Assembly (NCBI GenBank): GCA_965644295.1
Contig: CBFFRP010000513.1
Span: forward strand, 1 to 13,235
Length of the DNA stretch: 13,235 nucleotides
Direction: 5' to 3'
DNA from: Paraphysomonas bandaiensis
Lineage: Eukaryota > Protista > Chrysophyceae
Below the pieces are notes generated by a model. It was not told where the DNA came from and searched no databases. It was given only the letters and a program-made list of their open reading frames with translations. Positions 9,012 to 13,235 of this stretch are shown here, one piece after another. Each line of letters opens with the position of its first letter. The first letter of the stretch is position 1. A program made the translations under genes and the position numbers.

Positions 9012-10651
9012 CTTATAGGTTATACTTCTATGTGCACCACACAATACTGAGGCAATAAATATATGATCTAAATGAAAGTTTCATAGCCATGGAAGGAAAG
9101 GAAGATTCATATAATACCTGAATAGAATATAGAAGCAACGCTTATATGGAGAACAACACTGTTGCTTTCGTCCATTTCTACCTACCTGCCCCCTACAGTA
9201 GTCTCCCTCATATCCCTTCAGTGGTGTACTACTGTATGTTACCCTAATGAATTCCGGAATTGTACAAGTAATTTTTTAAAAAAAGAAAGAAAATTGAACT
9301 CTACATACCAGAGACACAATAGGAATTACAGTATAGCTATTTTATTGTATTACGAAATTACGAAATTAACAAAAAAAAAAAACATATTTATGTCCATGTT
9401 TCGAAATTATTTCAAGCAGGAGCAAGCTGAGTTTGGATATTGCGAAATACTATGTTGATATTGGACCAGTGTTGTCGACATGGAGGTATTATGCGAAGTG
9501 CGAGCCGAGATCGAGGCATTTGTTATGAAGATCAAGAGCATTGTGGTATTATGATAGCATCTACACAGTGGGAGTGAAACGCACAGTTGCATTCCCTACA
9601 AGAGCAGGACCGGAGTTGGAGTTTTATTGGGTCAGGGATAATTAGATCCTTCAATATCCGCTGTTTTCAAGAAATGCAGCGGTGTTATTTCCGATTGTCT
9701 ACTTGATGTGGTTGGACAGCGGTAGTGCTCAACAGGCTCCACGAGAATCTCCCGTTTCTTGTCCATTTCTACTATTAGTATTTCCTAACGTTTGAGTGGA
9801 GCAATTGTTTTCAGTAAAATAACAGCGCGCTTCGATATAATACTCAGGAGGCATACGCACGGAAGGAGATTTCACGTATAATATCATGCCTTATATCCCA
9901 ACAGTTCATTCTAATTTCAATACATGCAATTTATTTTAGTTTTTACGTATCACTAGTAACTGAGATCTTATACGTACCTATAATGTATTTACTTGTATTG
10001 CAGGTCCTATGTACTTATTTATTGCTATTATATATAATATGAAACCATAATGCTTTATCTCAATCTGCATTCATATGAGTTACTCACAGCAAATTTTACC
10101 AGACGAGGTAGGGGACAGTATATTGCAATACCATTGTGACTTATCTTCTCACGAGCACATTTAGCACTTATTTTTTCAAGCGTAAACAAGTACCCCACAA
10201 ACAATATCGATATGCTGTTCAACGCAAAATGTTGTCCTTTCGGCATTTTTTACCAATACAGTTCGAAATAGCATATTCACTCACTAGGAATTCAATTATG
10301 ATTTTATTACGCTAAAGCTGAGGCAGCGAGTCACTCAGTCATACTTATTTTCTGATCCACCAATATTCTACACCTTCATTTATCGCTTTCACTCAACTAA
10401 CTGCATCTTTCACATTCTATTCTTAGTTTCTTAGGACAAACTATGATAGATATATTCGCTACTTGTAAATTTATCTAAGGAGGGACTATTCGGAAGGAAC
10501 CATATCTTCATCGTCACAAGCAGCTATATATGAGATGTAACTTCCTCATTACATAGAGTTCAATAATACCTATGGCTGTTTATACAGCAATCATGAAATA
10601 TACAACTTTTCAGTTCTGATACATTTTAATAGAACATTCGATACAGTGGAC

Positions 10652-11020
10652 TCAATATTCCTGGCTTGTATTTCTAAAAATATTATTGATAGTATTAAAG
10701 CGGTCAATCATAGAACTTCTCTCGGATTCTCTTAGAGCTGCCATGTTGATCTGAGGATCTCCAACTCGGCTTTTACAACGACCCACAGTATAAGTTGCTG
10801 TCGACGTATTATTTAAATGCATCCGCTCTTCAGTGTTTACACAGGAAGGGCATCGGACACTCCGTGTTTTACCTGGCACATTTCCACCTTTACGCTTATA
10901 AGGTCTGGGGCTAGAAGATGGCAGTAAGACATCACACGATTCACATACCAAGTGCCCACATATATATACTACCGGTACATTTATGCCGTCGAAATACTCG
11001 TGACATATAGTGCAGCTCAT
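10652..11020 (-). CDS. Small C3HC4 (RING-HC) zinc-finger protein, putative E3 ubiquitin ligase or a gene fragment
   Basis: All eight ligands in RING-HC spacing: CTIC - x14 - CGH - x2 - CESC - long loop - CPSC. 122 codons from ATG to TGA. Confidence 0.72.
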   Translation of the reverse strand: MSCTICHEYFDGINVPVVYICGHLVCESCDVLLPSSSPRPYKRKGGNVPGKTRSVRCPSCVNTEERMHLNNTSTATYTVGRCKSRVGDPQINMAALRESERSSMIDRFNTINNIFRNTSQEY

Positions 11021-11240
11021 ATCACTGTAAGGTCAATTGCATTTACGAAAACATTAACCAATGAAGTACAGTCAAAATAGGACAAGAATGGTCCAGAAAA
11101 ACTGAGTTACTCCTGCTTTATGTCTGTGTTCCGGTGTGTTTGTATGTAGGTGTGTACAATAGGAATTCCTACATCTAGATATCTGCCTGAAGGTATGAAG
11201 GTGTATTGAAAAAAAATGCCCCTCCTCATGTATATATACA

Positions 11241-11592
11241 GTATGTATGTATGTATGTATGTATGTATGTATGTATGTATGTATGTATGTATGTATGTAT
11301 GTATGTATGTATGTATGTATGTATGTATGTATGTATGTATGTATGTATGTATGTATGTATGTATGTATGTATGTATGTATGTATGTATGTATGTATGTAT
11401 GTATGTATGTATGTATGTATGTATGTATGTATGTATGTATGTATGTATGTATGTATGTATGTATGTATGTATGTATGTATGTATGTATGTATGTATGTAT
11501 GTATGTATGTATGTATGTATGTATGTATGTATGTATGTATGTATGTATGTATGTATGTATGTATGTATGTATGTATGTATGTATGTATGTAT
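11241..11592. repeat. Perfect (GTAT)88 tetranucleotide microsatellite
   Basis: 352 bp of uninterrupted GTAT with degenerate TA/TATG-like flanks. It explains the three MYVC pseudo-ORFs. Confidence 0.98.
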
Positions 11593-11633
11593 ATACTATG
11601 TACAGAGTATGTATAGGTTTTTTTCCTAATCTC

Positions 11634-11757
11634 TGTGTGAAAGGAAATGTTTCACATATCTACACATGCCTTGGTGAACACGTCACATGGACCAATATAT
11701 AGGAATTCAAAGTAGAATATCATATTTGATGCAGTAGAGAAAGTTTCCTTTCACACA
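11634..11757. repeat. 14-bp perfect inverted repeat pair bounding a 124-bp segment
   Basis: tgtgtgaaaggaaa (11634-11647) is the exact reverse complement of tttcctttcacaca (11744-11757). No target-site duplication is visible. Confidence 0.85.
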
Positions 11758-11774
11758 ATAACCGGCATTTTTCT

Positions 11775-12730
11775 ATGAGGAAACTAGTCGTACAGGTTGG
11801 CCATATTGCGGCGTGGTGTATAACATAGTACCCTGAAGCTCTAGATAATGATGAAAATTTGAAGATTCCATTCCCGAAAGACATCTGTTTTGATTACTTT
11901 GGCCATCTGCCACCCCCCTAGTGTATCCCACATTAAGGGCTATAGAAGCTCCATCGTCTACTTATATACCTCAAGAAATATGAAGCTGGACGTGGACTTA
12001 GACATAGAACTAAGCCAGGAAATAGATGGCTACGAGAAAGACACCAATGAACTGAAGAAGAAAGGACTCATGAAACCTGAAGAGGGTAAAAGTCCGTTAA
12101 AAATGAATGGCTGAAACATGTTAGCGACGAAGTTGAAGTTGATGGTTTCCTCTGCCATTGCAGGCAGTTGGTCCTATATCTTGTACATGTGGGCATATTT
12201 TGTACTGATGTGGAATTTAATGAGTAGATCTTCTTCAGTAGCTTCATTGATGATTGAACATTTTGACTGGAAAGGTGACTCAATGCTTGTTTAAGAGCAA
12301 GGACACAAAGCGGACAATTAGGCAGTGACTTAGAAGAGCATTTTACAGCATGTTACCACGGTTACTGCACCACTAACTAACCCCCTCATGCAAGACAATG
12401 AATGTAATGAACAGTGCTGGAAAACCTTTAACTGGCAAGATGGTCAGAATATGCACTTCGTTCCAAACGGTTGGAGATTTCCAACCAGAGTTCCATTGAA
12501 AGGTATGTATGATTTATGGCTCTATGGAGATAGGGAGAGCGGAATAAGACCTTATCGTCTCATAAGTCGTAATTTTGACATACAGAAGTGATGTTTTTGA
12601 TTTCACTCGAGCTAGTACAGTGATGTCTTTCGTGGGCTCGATATGGTTGTGAATCATATCGTAACTGCTCATAAGGTAAAGCAGAAGGATAAGTTTCGTA
12701 CGGGAACTTGTACAATGCAATCTGTCAGTT
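11775..12730 (+). mobile_element. Degenerate, internally deleted Crypton-type (CryptonS-like) tyrosine-recombinase transposon relic
   Basis: Manual read-through. Frame 3: IAAWCIT*YPEALDNDENLKIPFPKDICFDYFGHL. Shift at the C-run 11913-11918. Frame 1: SHIKGYRSSIVYLY...GYEK...LKKKGLMKPEEGKSPL...*...FVLMWNLMSRSSSVASLMIEHFDWKGDSMLV*EQGHKAD, then WKTFNWQDGQNMHFVPNGWRFP...MYDLWLYGDRESGIRPYRLI. These match motifs I recall from oomycete and other stramenopile Crypton proteins (WNLMxRS carries the first catalytic Arg; KxD the catalytic Lys). Stops at 11826, 12112, 12292, 12319 and 12331. Element termini not defined. Confidence 0.78.
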
Positions 12731-13235
12731 GAAACGTGTACGGCATTGACAAATGATACTTCTTCTACTTTAAGTAATGCATATCAAACGCTACAATTCC
12801 TTAGCTACAACTGCAACTTTATTATGATAAATGATTAGTAAACACCTCTACATGGTCCGATACGCAGTGATAGCAATATATGTACATATCTTATCTACGA
12901 CAGCACTTTCATCGCGATAAATTATATATGTACACCTCAGTCATATTTCCAGGACACAACAGATCATTACAAAAAAATATATTATGACGCCTAGGCAACT
13001 ATACTGACTGTAACAGAAGTTGACATTATTGGCTAAGGTTTACTATTCTCAAATGATAAGATGAAATTATAAACATTACATGATAAAGAACCTAAGTTGT
13101 GTTCGATGTGTTCAACACCATTCATTTACTACTATAGTGTACAAACCACACACTCAGTGATCGTATCCTGTATAGTCACCCACTTCTACTTCAGTTTCAT
13201 ACTACACAATATAATGTACTAATTACATATATATC

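Noticed and set aside
9170-9772. 12-bp direct repeat gtccatttctac (9170 and 9761) as a target-site duplication
   Set aside because: A few 12-mer matches are expected by chance in 13 kb, and there are no terminal repeats inside.
9162-10246. ORFs 9162-9458, 9407-9592 and 10055-10246
   Set aside because: Short, some crossing A-runs, with no motifs or other support.
11206-11702. Three MYVC-repeat ORFs
   Set aside because: Translations of the (GTAT)n microsatellite.
11826-12333. Stop-codon reassignment as an explanation for the in-frame TAA/TAG in the Crypton region
   Set aside because: The 2633-codon gene has no internal TAA, TAG or TGA. The relic contains all three stop types plus frameshifts, which indicates decay.
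354-13170. Three short colinear motifs (aggatac, tacact, tgttgaacac) at 354-413 mirrored in inverted orientation at about 13100-13170
   Set aside because: The intervening bases do not align, so it is too weak to call terminal inverted repeats of a large element.

Overview
Eukaryotic genomic window; gene architecture and element types suggest a stramenopile-like protist (inference). Most of it is one minus-strand, two-exon gene (8968-8329 joined to 8198-937 by a 130-nt GT-AG intron; 2633 aa). It encodes a polycystin-1/PKDREJ-like surface receptor: signal peptide, six NHL repeats, a Cys-containing Pro/Thr/Ser stalk encoded by an 84-bp minisatellite (14 full units), a REJ module, Cys-rich/EGF-like modules, a degenerate GPS-like motif, about 8 transmembrane segments and a long Ser-rich tail. 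No PLAT or TRP-type pore domain is recognisable. At higher coordinates are a (TA)15 tract next to the start codon, a short C3HC4 RING-finger ORF, a perfect (GTAT)88 microsatellite, a 124-bp segment bounded by 14-bp inverted repeats, and a decayed, internally deleted Crypton-type tyrosine-recombinase transposon that the ORF track shows only in fragments. A possible ORF start runs off the left edge.
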